Below, one piece after another: positions 52,352-63,545 of a DNA stretch of 64,000 nt (positions are counted from its first letter, which is position 1; each line of letters begins with the position of its first letter). The stretch covers positions 45,510,001 to 45,574,000 of the forward strand of contig NC_087436.1 in NCBI RefSeq assembly GCF_036321535.1, written 5' to 3'. Made by a program: the position numbers and the translations under genes. The notes beneath the pieces were generated by a model that was given only the letters and a program-made list of their open reading frames with translations, searched no databases and was not told the DNA's origin. This DNA is from Camelus dromedarius. Lineage: Eukaryota.

Positions 52352-53255
52352 GTTTTTTAAATTGAAGTATGCTGATGTACAATATTTTATAAGCTACAGG
52401 TGTACAACATAGTAGTTCACAAGTTTTGGAGGTTATACTCCATTTATTGTTATAGAATATTGGTTATATTCCCTGTGCTGTATAGCATATCCTTGTAGCT
52501 TACTTTACGCATAATAGTTTATACCTCTTAACCCACTGTCCTATTTGCCCCTCTCCCCACTGGTAATCACTAGTTTGTTCTGTCTATCTGAGTCTGCTGC
52601 TTTTTCATTAAATTCACTAGTTTGTTGTATTTTTTAGATTTCCACATTTAAGTGATATCATACAGTATTTCTTTCTCTGACTTACTTCACTTAGCATAAT
52701 ACTCTCCAAATCCATCCATGTTGTTGCAAATGGCAAAATTTTGTTCTTTTTTTATGGATGAGTAGTAGTCCATTGTGTGTATGTACCACATTTCTTTATC
52801 CATTGATGGACAGTTAGGTTGCTTCCATATCTTGGCTGTTGTTAATACTGCTATGAACATTGGGGTGCATGTATCTTTTTGAATTAGTGTTCTTGTTTCT
52901 TTCAGATGTGTACCCAGGAGTGGAATTGCTGGGTCATATGGTAGTTCCATTTTTAGTTTTTTGAGAAACCTGGGTACTGTTTTCCACAGTGGCTGCACCA
53001 ATTTACATTCTCACCAGCAGTGTACAAGGGTTCCCTTTTCTCCACATCCTTAGCAACATTTGTTATTTGTGGTCTTTTCAATGATAGCCATTCTGATAGA
53101 TGTGAGGTGGTATCTCATTCTGGTTTTGATTTTCATTTCCTCAATGATTAACAATGTCAAACATCTTTTCATATGCCTTGTTGACCATCTGCATTTCCTC
53201 TTTGGAAAAATGTCTATTCAGATCTTCTGCCCATTTTAAAAAATTTGGTTGTTGG
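52352..53255 (-). mobile_element. L1 fragment with degenerate ORF2 C-terminus and 3'UTR
   Basis: ORF 52687-53001 ([27 protein letters not shown]...CTPMFIA) and [13 protein letters not shown] are L1 ORF2p C-terminal motifs. Confidence 0.95.
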
Positions 53256-53441
53256 ATATAATTGATTTTAGTGTGCATTACAATTGTGTTATCTTTGAGG
53301 CAGGAAATCAAAGAACCCAGAGGGATGGTAGTGGTTGTAGACATGAAGCTCAATAATCATCATGATCTTGGCATAGCTCAAGCTCAGGTCTGAAAGTCTC
53401 CTAAGAGTCATATTGAAGTACACACTTTCAGGGTTACTTTT

Positions 53442-53931
53442 TGTTCTTAGTCTGTTCAGGCTGCTAGAACAAGATACCATAGACTGATCACTTAAGTAAA
53501 GGAAAGTTTTCTCAAAATTCTGGAGGCTGGGAAGTCCAAGATCAAGACATCGGTACATTCAGTATCTGGAATGAGCCTGCTTCCTAAGTGACCCTCTTTT
53601 CTCTTTAACCTCACGTGGAGTTTTGTGGGATGTTTTCTGGTTTTGGTTTTTTTGTTTTGTTTTAGGGGAAGGTAATTAGGTTTGTGTATTTATTTTGGTG
53701 GAGGTAGTGGGGATTGAACCCAGGACCTTGTGCATGCTAGGCATGTGCTCCACCACTGAGCTTTACCCTCCCCCTGGAGCTTTCTTTTATAAGGGCACTA
53801 ATTCCACTCAGGAGGGCTGTGCCCTCTTGACCTAATCACCTCCCAAAGGTCCTACCTCCTAACACTATATCACATGGGAGGTTAGGGTTTCAACATGAAT
53901 TTTAAAGAGAACACACATTCAGACCATAGCA
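53442..53931 (-). mobile_element. MLT1A-type MaLR solo LTR (interrupted by a SINE)
   Basis: tcttagtctgttcaggctgctagaacaagataccatagactg...ttctggaggctgggaagtccaagatcaag...cattcagaccatagca. Confidence 0.85.
53632..53774 (-). mobile_element. tRNA-derived SINE (camelid Vic-1-like), nested in MLT1A
   Basis: ggggaaggtaattagg...ggggattgaacccaggaccttgtgcatgctaggcatgtgctccaccactgagctttaccc. Confidence 0.9.
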
Positions 53932-55729
53932 CTCTCCTAGATTCAGAAGGTTTGGGAGGGGAGAATCTGCAGCCATAACAAGCACACCAGGAGGTTCTAA
54001 TACAAATAGTCCATGGACCATATTGAGAAACACTGAAGATCTGCTGGTGAAAGTTTTTAGTTAGAAAATGCAAGCTTGCATACAGATGTTAGAAGACCAG
54101 CACCTCCAAGTCCTCTTCAATTCTTTCCATGTTACCAGGGATCAAGTTAGAAGGTCAGAGAAAATTGGCATCTAATCTACCACCACCATCCATAGAAACA
54201 CTTCTTCCAGAGGCCTCCCAAGCCACCAAGGGGGCAAAATTAAGTTACTGGTTTGCCACTACTGGGAATTCCAAGCCTCGCTCCCTTTTTGGAGTGTGCC
54301 TCCCTCCCTCCCAACTGAGACTAGGACCTGACATTTTTTTGTTTCAGACTTTCACTTGGGCCAGTTTTTCTCAGTCTCTGATTCTCACTCCCAATCTTTA
54401 GCTCTCTTCTCTCACCCAAATTTTGTTTTGTTACAAAAGTAATAAATATATCTTTTTAAATGTTGCATAAACACCAGTAGAAAATAAAAATTACCCATAA
54501 ACCAAACCATCTCAATGTATCTTTTTAATAAAGAGTAAATTAAGAAAATTAATTTTATCCACCCCTTTATATATATTAACATAGTTTTGGCCTTTCACTT
54601 CACAGACAGACAGATCTGAGTTCTGTAAGGATGTAAAGATACCTTTTGTGACATTAGAAAGGATGAACTGGGGATATAGAGTTTTTATTAAAAGTCTTTG
54701 GCCTTTAAAGAAAACAGCTATATCTTATATTGGAAGTGTTACCATGACTTCCTAAAATGGAGATTAGGTTATAGTGTATATAGTGTTATTACTTGGTTGA
54801 AAACTAAAAACTTCGCTGCAACTCACTTAAGCTCTGGAATAAAAGGTCTATTTTTTTTAAATGGAAATACAGTTATTGCAGTACATTTTAAAAGAAGTTC
54901 ACTTAGTTCCTTTTTCAGTTTAAAAGTCAGGTTTTATTAATTATATTTGCCTTTTCCCCTGAAGTTTTGATTTCCACAGTACCATTGGGCTTTGCTTCTT
55001 AATATGTACATTTAGAGAAATATTCATTAAAAAGTCACTTGTGTCCTACACTCTCCTGCTGACTCAGGAAGAAAACTGAAAACTTATTTCTTTGTCCTTG
55101 TCAGGAATTATTATCCCTTATTTTGCAACTTGGACCTAAAACCAGTTTGCCAGTGAAGCAGAATTAATGTGCTTGTAGAAAATCGAATTCTGTCTCTAGT
55201 TGGGAAATAATCCTGGCAATTTTTTGAAGGAACAGCCTTTGGTTTTGTATATTCAGGTTTGGGTTTGCAGGGAGAAATCCTGAAAGAACAACATACATCT
55301 TTATGAGAAAGATTAAATTCATCCCTAGTGTCAAGCTACTTAAGATGTATCTTAATTTAAAACTCTAACATGGTGACTCAATTTTCTGTCTGTAGACCAA
55401 CTTAATTCACCATAGGTGGTGTCAAAAACTCAGATATTTATGACGTTTCTTAGTAACTCAGATTTATAATTATCCCCTAAATAAAATGTTGGTTACTTAT
55501 GCAAATTAATAAGCTTTCTTTAACCATAATCTAGATACTTTCATGCTCATTCTTCCTAAATGATATTTTGACTGCAAATATTGCTGTATTTATATGAAAA
55601 GTTACTGTAAGCAGCAGAGTGACTGCCTAGACACACACAGATTCATGCTCAAAGGATATTTCAGTCTACTGAAATTTCCAAAGGCAAAATTGGCAGAACC
55701 TGGTAAATATAAACACTGAAGACAGTTCT

Positions 55730-56097
55730 TGCCCTGGTTATTTTTCTCTGCCTTACATAGCTTTTCCCAGAGTAGTTCACTGCCTCACTTGAAGACTTTT
55801 GTTCAAATTCATCTTCTCAGTGTGTCTGCCCTGGCCATCCTGTCTTTAATTGTGGTCTGTCCCTCACTTCCCACCTCATTTTCCCTTTCCACTGCTTTAC
55901 TTTTTCTTCCTTCCATCGTATGTATACTCTTGTAACATATCTTATTATTTGTTTTCTTATTTATTGTCTGTCTCTAGACACGCAACCTCCATGAGCACAG
56001 GCTTTTTTGTCTGTTCTGTTCACTGGTGTCTTCCCAGAGGCTGGAACTGTGCTAGGCACACAGTAGGTGTTTGATGAGTACTTCCTGAATGAATAAT
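55730..56097 (+). mobile_element. L2 3' end
   Basis: ctccatgagcacagg...ttgtctgttctgttcactgg...ggcacacagtaggtgtttgatgagtacttcctgaatgaat. Confidence 0.8.
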
Positions 56098-58050
56098 CAG
56101 GAGTTCCAACTGGAGTGGGAAAGGAATATGGAAAACTTATTTTTCTATGTGGTTATTTGTGCTGTCAAAATGCACAACTTTTCTTCCTTGGGGAAGCGAT
56201 GGAGACTAGACGTAAGATTGCAGTGAATGTATGTCATATACATTTCAGTAAATATATATGACATAAATGGTTGGGTTCAGTCCATTTCCCCCCACACCTC
56301 CAAATTCATCAATTTAATGAGAAAAAGGAGTCATTGTTTTGGTGTCATTTAGGTAAAACTCCTGCTTTTTGGTTCATCACCTGCAGTTATGGATGAGAAT
56401 TCTTGGCCTCAGGGCCCATGTACAGTCAGGCTGGGCTGCCTCCAACTGCAGTCGTACCTATACCGCATCTTTGATGAGCATTTTATAGACTGATAGACCT
56501 CATGATGGACCTAGTCAAAGAGTTTGGGAGAAGGATTTACCTCTGAATATTGAGATTAGATTTTTGGCTTCACATGCCACTCGAGATGAAAACCTTCCTT
56601 ACTGATGCTACTTTGTTCTGAGAATTGCCACACCGATCTCTGCCCCTTGACTGCTTTGGTGAGTGGAGTTGTAGCCTGGCTGCCCACTTCTCTACCCCAA
56701 GCAGCCAGTAGGAGTCAAGTGAGGAGGGTATCAATGAGAAGAGGAGCCTTCCCAAGCCCTTTCATAATTTCAGCCCTTTTTGACCCGTGCGTAGACTCCC
56801 TTGGACGTTCCCTTTTTGTGTAAAGCTCAAAGGAGAGTCATGGGCGAGAGGCAAGACTAGAAGTTGAAAAAACAATTACCTAAGATCATCAGCTGTTGTC
56901 AGCCCAAAGTGAAAAGTGCACTAAAGATCAAACAGCTGATATTTGCTCATGATGGGTCAGGGTTACCCAATGCCAGGTAGACAGAATTGAGGGCAGATTC
57001 TAGGCCAGTAACTGGTTTGACATAATCAGATTGTGCCACATCTGTGTTCTGCAGATACCCTATGAATGCTGCTCACGTCAAAGAAATGACACCAGTTTCA
57101 CAAATCTGGGTAAGAGCAGACCTTTACCTCGCCACCAGGCAGAGGGCAACTTCACAATATAGCAGTCTTGTTACCTACACCCATGTGGCTGCATGGCCAA
57201 CCTGATCTCGGCTCAGACTTGCTGTAATTTAGCATTTCTGATTGTAAAAATATTGAAAGTTGTGAAAAGAATGAGCATTGGTCAATGTTAACATCATAAC
57301 ATTCCATGAGCCTTTTAACTTTTAACTGCAGCGTAAATCGGCCGACTGATCAAATTCAATTCCTTTCTTTACTGGTAGCCTAGTAATTAAAAGACTATAT
57401 AAGGGACCTTTTTTTTTTTTTTTTATCTCCAACCATAAATAAGTCAGAAAAGAAGGGTATCTACCCATAACATTTTTGTTTTTATTTTCTTTTAGAAATA
57501 TTTAAAAGGCTTATTTATAATCGTTTTAAATTGTTACTATTTCTAAACATACTCCTTTAGGGGGACCAGTACTTAGCTCAGTTTAGGAGTGACCTATGTG
57601 TGTCATCTAAGAAACTTATGCCCCGCGTTCAGGAATTTTTATAAGAATAAAGGGTTCAGATCATTGTTTCACAATGTTACCTCTCTCCATACTCCAGCTG
57701 AGCTATCTAAATGACTTGTTTTCATAAAAGCTCTTGTTTAGTACAAACTTGGATTGTGCAACTTTGCTTGTTTGTTGTTTTTAAAGTACTTATAAGAGGC
57801 TAGAATCAAATGCACAGAAGTTCTGGTGTCATGTATACCTTTAAGATGACTGAACAGGACTTAAGATGCTTTCGGCTCCAGAGGCCCATCTAGCCTGATT
57901 TTTGGCATTTGATTCTATCCTTAAAGTGTTTATTTCCCCCTGATAATAAGCATCTGTATTAGGTACCATGTGTCAGATGCTGCCAGGGTCACGATTTTGA
58001 TGATTTACAACAAGGGGAATCCTTCCTTGGGAAGGAAGTATGATTTTCCT

Positions 58051-58052
<2 letters not shown>

Positions 58053-58082
<30 letters not shown>
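58053..58082. repeat. poly(T) ~30 within a minus-strand MIR fragment
   Basis: Directly visible. Confidence 0.9.
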
Positions 58083-58083
<1 letters not shown>

Positions 58084-58319
58084 ATAGGACAATGAGGCAG
58101 ATAAAATGTAATTTTCTCAAGATCACAGAGCCAATATGTGACAGCCAGGATTGAAACCCAGGTCTTTGTGATTCCAGTAGATATGATGGTAAGCGACTGC
58201 CCTAGTGTCTTCCAGGAAGACATGTGCAGAAGTATGTGGAATAAAATGTGTGTGGTATCATATAATATTCCTGCAACCACTACCAAAATGCTTGGTGTGT
58301 TGCCTAGCATTTTGTACTT

Positions 58320-58960
58320 TTAAATTGAAAAACATTTCTTAAAAGTTTATTACATAAAATTTTTATTTTCATTATTAAACTAGTTTAGAAAACATTCAGT
58401 ACATAAAAGTAAATTGGGGAAAACACCATATGTAATCTTGCCACCCAGTAATAACCACTGTAAATTTGGAATGAGGGGTATTTCTTCTTCTAATAAGTAA
58501 TTATACCAAGCAATATACAATTATATATTTATTATATTATATATATATATTGTATTATACCAATACAATTATAATAAGCAATTATTCTGCTTTTTTCATC
58601 CATAGTTATTAAAATCATAGACATTTTATGTAACTCTAACGGCTGTTAATAGTCTTTTGGGTGGATATACTGTAATACATCCCTGACTCTTAGAGATTTA
58701 GTCTTTTCACTGTTGTAGTAATGCAGTGATTGTCTTTCCTTGACCGTATTGAAGATTGTGTCAAAAAGACTCCTTGAAGTAGAACTGCAGGATTAAAAGC
58801 TACTCATATTTTAAGGTTCTTGATAAATTGTTTTTTTCAAGAGCTTTGTCATTTTGCCTTCTGACTAGCAAAACTTATAAGTCATTGCATCCTCACCAGA
58901 TTCAGGCATTAATCACTTTCCTCTTTACCCATTGATAGCATTCAGTAGTATCTTATAGCT
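58320..58960 (-). mobile_element. Ancient L1 (L1M-type) 3' fragment
   Basis: tttagaaaacattcag...taatcttgccacccagtaataaccactg...ttttaaggttcttgata...ttgcatcctcacca. Confidence 0.55.
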
Positions 58961-59619
58961 TTCTGTAATTATGTAATAAACTTGATCAAAATAAATATTT
59001 ACTTATCAGAATATTATAATGTTGGCATTATTTTGATTTTAGATTAAGCTTGGCCTTTCACAGTCTATCTGGAAGTGCATCAGTGAATAATAGATTCTGT
59101 TGATTGCAGGTGAGGGTATGGTTGTCAGGTGGCAAGGGGTCCCATCACAGCACCAGTCTCACTTCGGAGCTGTGTGTGCTGTCTTTTGCTTCCTTTATGC
59201 AGACAATTACACTGAGAAAGCAATGCGTTGGTCTCCGGGCAGCAAGAACTTAAGAAATGGGATGGTGCTTTCCCACCATTCCTGAGCAGGTGTTTGTCAC
59301 ACTGTGCTACTCCCGGAGCAGCGTGCCTCAGTAGAAACATAATCATATTTCCAAAGAGAGGTTTAAAAAAAGCCAAGAGAATGGAATTTAGATTAATTTG
59401 TAGGATTCTTTCAGCTCCCAAGGAAAACAAAGCTATAATAAAAGGATTTTTGTTATTTAGGCTTAGAATCAAGTGGATTTGAAGCATCAGATTCATAGAT
59501 GACTTCAGTATTGGTTTTCCTATTGTCTCCCAGGAAAGTATTTTTTCTTTTCCCTTGAAGTATTTCCAAAATGCAGGATTTTTAAAAATATCCAGTATAT
59601 TCATATGTCAGGAGTTCAG

Positions 59620-60060
59620 TTAAGGCGCCCACACTGTGGTATAAGACCTTGGGCATTCAAAGTGGAATAAGACACAGTTCCTACTCAGGAACTGCCAGGA
59701 TTAGAGAGTGTAACCTTATGTGTGAAATATAAGGAGTTAAGTTCAGTAATAGGTATGCGAAAGGTATCTAGAAAGCACAGAGGTGATGAAGGAAGGGATG
59801 CTCCACTTGACCTAGAAGCAGTCAGGGAATATCCTCACAGAGACCAACAAAATAACGAGGATGGGTAGGAAGAGCATTCAAGGCAGTGGGGATGGCGTGT
59901 GTGAGGAAAGACAAGGCGGCACAAAAAGGGGTTGATGTCATTTGAAGATCACAGTGTAACTGCAGCATAGGATGTTCTAGGGGACGTTATAAGACGATTT
60001 CAGAGAAGACAGAGGTAAAACCATTTGAATTATGTGAAAGCATTTGGACATAGTCTGAGA
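59620..60060 (-). mobile_element. L2 fragment
   Basis: gaataagacacagttcctactcaggaact...gagcattcaaggcagtgggga. Confidence 0.65.
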
Positions 60061-60754
60061 GAGAATGTCAAATTTCCTTTAGAGCCTATAACCCACATTA
60101 TGACATCAATAACACTTCTGTTTAAAGAAGGTGGTTGGAAAACATGAAGGACTTGCCTTTGTATGATTTAATGTTTACATGTCCTTATAGTCTTGACCAT
60201 GTGTCCTCAATAAGTTCTCAACACTAGATTTTAGGTTCCAAAAGCACAAAAGGGAAATGGCGTGTGCTTTTGGACAGCTAGAACTTCAGAACAGATCAGT
60301 GTAAGTGGGTAGACACAAAGGCAGAAAAGCGTGTCATATGACAAAGAAATTACAAGGAAAAATTATGTAATATGTCAGAGTACCTCCAACCAATAAATAA
60401 TCCAGGGAATATGACAGTCAGCATGTGGGAAAAAAAAAGTAGGCAAACATCAAATTAGAAAAAGAGTCAGCAACTCTTTGGAAAGTATTCTCTGGAGACT
60501 TTGACCTCTTAAGCAAGGGTATTGTTTTTTAGTTCATCTTCAAGTTATTTCTCCCTGTTAAAATCAACAGCCTTATGAATACAATTTAAAGAAAGGAATA
60601 CTTTCTTGAATAAGTGGATTTTAAGTGTAAATCATTATTTACATTCATGAATGTCAGAAAGAGTGATGGTGTGTGAGAGGGAGGTAGAAAAAGTGATGAT
60701 ACACCACTATTGAAAGGCCCAGCTGGGAAGTAATAAACATTCCACATAAGAACA

Positions 60755-60990
60755 CAATGTGGTGGTTAAGGGCACAGGGGCTGATACTTGGCTAAAACCC
60801 AGCACTGTCATTTAAAAGCTTTGAGTTCTTGTACGAGGTATTTAACTTTGTTCTTAGTTTCTTTGTCTGCAAAATGGGCATGATGGTGGGTTCTCTGAAA
60901 CGTGAGACAGCATATGTATGAAGTGCTTGGAACACTAAGGACAGTGCCTGGAATATAGTAAGTGCTCAGTTAAACAAGTTGTTATTACTT
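60755..60990 (+). mobile_element. MIR
   Basis: gtggttaagggcacagggg...tagtttctttgtctgcaaaatggg...acagtgcctggaatatagtaagtgctcag. Confidence 0.8.
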
Positions 60991-61159
60991 TAACCAAACT
61001 AAAAAACATTTTGGGAGTAGTGCATTCCAAGCCAGCCTTCAACTTTGTGTCTTTTGTAGAGCAGTAAATTCTTACACTAGAGATTTACTGTGGATGTCCA
61101 GTAAACACTTCTGAATGTTGTTATAGCACATAGGCAACTAGAGTTTCTCAAATTGGTTC

Positions 61160-61368
61160 AAAAATACTGACAGGCATATGTAGAATAGATAAACAAGATT
61201 ATACTTGTATAGCACAGGGAAATATATACAAGATCTTGTAACTCACAGTGAAAGAAAATGTGACAATGAATATATGTATGTTCATGTATAACTGAAAAAT
61301 TGTGCTCTACACTGGAATTTGACACAACCTTGTAAAATGACTATAACTCAATAAAAAATGTTTAAAAA
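61160..61368 (+). mobile_element. L1 3' end
   Basis: gaatagataaacaagattatacttgtatagcacagggaaatatatac...gactataactcaataaaaaa. Confidence 0.85.
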
Positions 61369-63142
61369 TGCTTTAGACGGAAGGGTGCATCTTGAATAAA
61401 CATTTGTCAATTCCTTTATTTTTTTACTTTTTTTTTGGAGAGAAACCTTTCCATGTAAGCATAGCTAAGAAAGGAATATTCTTACTGTCAAATCTTTTTG
61501 CTTAGTAAATTGGTCTTGACAGATAAGAAAGGAATAAATAATAGTAAAAAAAAAAAAAAAAAAGAAAATAAATAAATGCTCAGGTTTACTGCAGAGTGAT
61601 GGCTGTCTGTTGACATAGCATGTGCGTGCCACCGTGAGTCGTCTCAGGGACACGTTCCCAAGGGGAGTGCTCTTGGGAATACAGGAAGACACATTAACCT
61701 GGCTTTCAAAGAAACTGTGAGTCAGGTACACGCACTTCTCCTTAAGCATTTCTTTACTTCCTTCTGAAACTGTTTGAAGAAAAGTATGTTCAGGGCATTG
61801 CTATTTTGAGACTCTTTTCTCAGCACCCGGGCTTGATAAATCCCAGCCGTACCTTCGTCATGTCTCAGGATTCACCTGACATTCACGTGAAGAAGAAATT
61901 ATTCTTGTCAGACAACCTAATAGTAAAAAGAAACTTTAGAAGCAAAAAACAAAAGCCCCCTTTCATTTTCTAAAGAAATGGGAGCTGTGCTCTTAATTTT
62001 TGTGGGTTTTTTTTTAATAGACCTTGAGATATTTCTATTAAACATTTTCCTCAAAAGGAATTTTTGTCATTTTTCCTGGCTTTGAGCCTACAATTGACAG
62101 GGGAGAAACAGCCTCGGTGGGAAATGATGTAAACAGATAGAAAGATAAAAAGCTCCTAAACTGGCCTTGGCGTCTCTCCGGCAGGTTTTATTCTGGTTCC
62201 CTCTGTAGAAACTGATGCAGGACATGTATATAGTACAGAGCAGCTTCCTGTTGAACTCATTCAGCTGGGTCCACGATCATCAGAGGAGAATCAATGTGTC
62301 CCAACATGGCACAAGCGCAGGGGAGCAAAGTCCTGACCATCGCTAATAATAATGTGTGTTAAGATTTAGAAAACAGTGCAGTTAATTTTGTTCATTGCAG
62401 TTGGCATACTTCAGCATATGATAGCGCCTACTTTTCTTATAAGACTCTTAAGATGTTAAGTTTAGAAAGTTTGTGTCACAGAAACTTTTATAATCAAACT
62501 GTCACACTGTAGTGATTTAGAAGAGATTAGGGAAGAAAGTGTAAGATCAGTGTTAGAGTTATAAGTCCTGATAGCCGAAGGTACTTCTGCAGTGTTGCCC
62601 CTATCCAGGGCTTCGTTAGGGTAGGCAGTCATGGAATGATCTTACACTAAAGGGGTGACTGGAAATAATTGGAATTCGACTTCAAGAGGGGGTGGTCTTG
62701 GCAAGTGACTATTCTTCATTCCAGGTTACTCCTTTCCCTTGCCTGGAGAGATACTGGAAAGTACATTTCTGGATATTGTCATGGCAGGGGAAGCATTGGG
62801 AACTGTGGACAGTTTGTAAGAAAGAATTGATCACTGGCAACTGGACTGTGGTTCCACTGAAGGCAGAAGTGAACCTAATTCTAGAAAAGTGAAGGGAAAT
62901 ATTGCTCTGAATTGGTTGTTTGGTCTTGTTTTCAATTTTAAATGGAACTGCTGATTGGAAATAAGGGGTTACTCTATTTACTATGTGCTTGAAATTCGAT
63001 TTTGAAGCAATTCAGCCTGACTATATCTGAAGCGTAAGTGATGTAACCAGTGAACATGTTTTTAGAAGCTGTATCATAACACACACTCTGTTGAGTTTTC
63101 TGACTTCTCTTTTCTTAATCTCTTTTCTTTATATTTCTCTCA

Positions 63143-63330
63143 TCTGGGGTTTCTCAATCTTGGCATTGTTGACGTCTGGGGTGGATAATTCTGTGTTGAG
63201 AGTTGCCTTGTGCAGCATTCAGGCCTTCTATATACTAGCTGCCAATAGCCGACCTTCCAGTTGTGACAACCTCTCCAGACGTTGACAGATAGCTTCTGAG
63301 GGGCAAAATCATACACTTTGAGAACCACTA
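63143..63330. mobile_element. MER20 (hAT-Charlie)
   Basis: ggtttctcaatcttggcattgttgacgtctggggtggataattc...cagttgtgacaacc...ggggcaaaatc...tgagaaccact. Confidence 0.85.
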
Positions 63331-63334
63331 GAGT

Positions 63335-63545
63335 AAATAAGATAAGAGGTCCGCAGGTTGAGACCCTGTAGCTCTCCAAAATTTAAAGACTGGGGAGATG
63401 AAGAGGAAGCCAACAAAGGAAAATGAACAAAGAACAGATGGCGAAGCTGGAGAAGAAATAAGAGAATATAGTGTCCCAGAAACTGAGGGAAGAAAGTGTC
63501 ACAAAAAAGAGGGGGTTACCATCTGTGTCAAATGCTGTAATTCAT
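63335..63545 (-). mobile_element. L2 fragment
   Basis: gagatgaagaggaagccaacaaagg...agtgtcccagaaactgagggaagaaagtgt...gtgtcaaatgctg. Confidence 0.65.

Larger units (their letters stand above)
46890..55720 (+). mobile_element. Fossil CR1-clade ORF2 unit U8 (EN+RT), heavily interrupted
   Basis: ALHTNS 46893-46910 (~CLYTNA); KEMEMLL 46943-46963; YNLIF*RRD 48559-48585 (~YNLFRRDR); NFDLPQI 49322-49342 (~DFNLPDI); NKKFIKY 50586-50606; SPDEL 51631-51645; AIPE 51768-51779; VSVFCLKGK 52082-52108; LSSGIKG 54827-54847; LNMYI 54998-55012 (~FNIYI); QFASEAEL 55143-55166 (~KFADDTKL); LQGEI 55265-55279; KIKFIP 55309-55326. Confidence 0.62.
56140..62690 (+). mobile_element. Fossil CR1-clade ORF2 unit U9 (EN+RT)
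   Basis: LCCQNAQ 56157-56177 (~CLYTNAQ); FYR-DR 56481-56497; VMGE 56837-56848; HVKEMT 57074-57091 (~HVKEPT); ISDCKNIE 57234-57257 (~SDH..IE); LEPITHI 60079-60099; NFR..ISV 60282-60303 (~NYRPISL); VPKGSALG 61654-61677 (~VPQGSVLG); KLFLSDNL 61896-61919 (~KLFADD); KVLTIANNN 62327-62353 (~KVLHIG.NN). Confidence 0.68.

Noticed and set aside
52687..53353. ORFs with recognisable protein motifs
   Set aside because: Frameshifted L1 ORF2 C-terminus, not a host gene.
58492..58585. AT-rich insert flanked by aataag(t/c)aattat repeats
   Set aside because: Low-complexity slippage product inside an old L1; no further structure.
59064..59290. Possible small exons (59064-59109, 59202-59289)
   Set aside because: Splice-like signals are present, but there is no convincing reading frame or homology.
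59125..59604. Longest ORF (159 aa), and the other 60-150 aa ORFs in the track
   Set aside because: No recognisable domain or splice context; lengths are compatible with chance, and many lie in repeats.
61654..61679. Hairpin with a GAGTG loop resembling an iron-responsive element
   Set aside because: The loop is not CAGUGN and the geometry does not fit; the sequence is better explained as the RT VPQGSVLG fossil.
62123..62216. Possible C/D-box snoRNA (atgatgt...ctga)
   Set aside because: Imperfect C box, no terminal stem and no recognisable guide.
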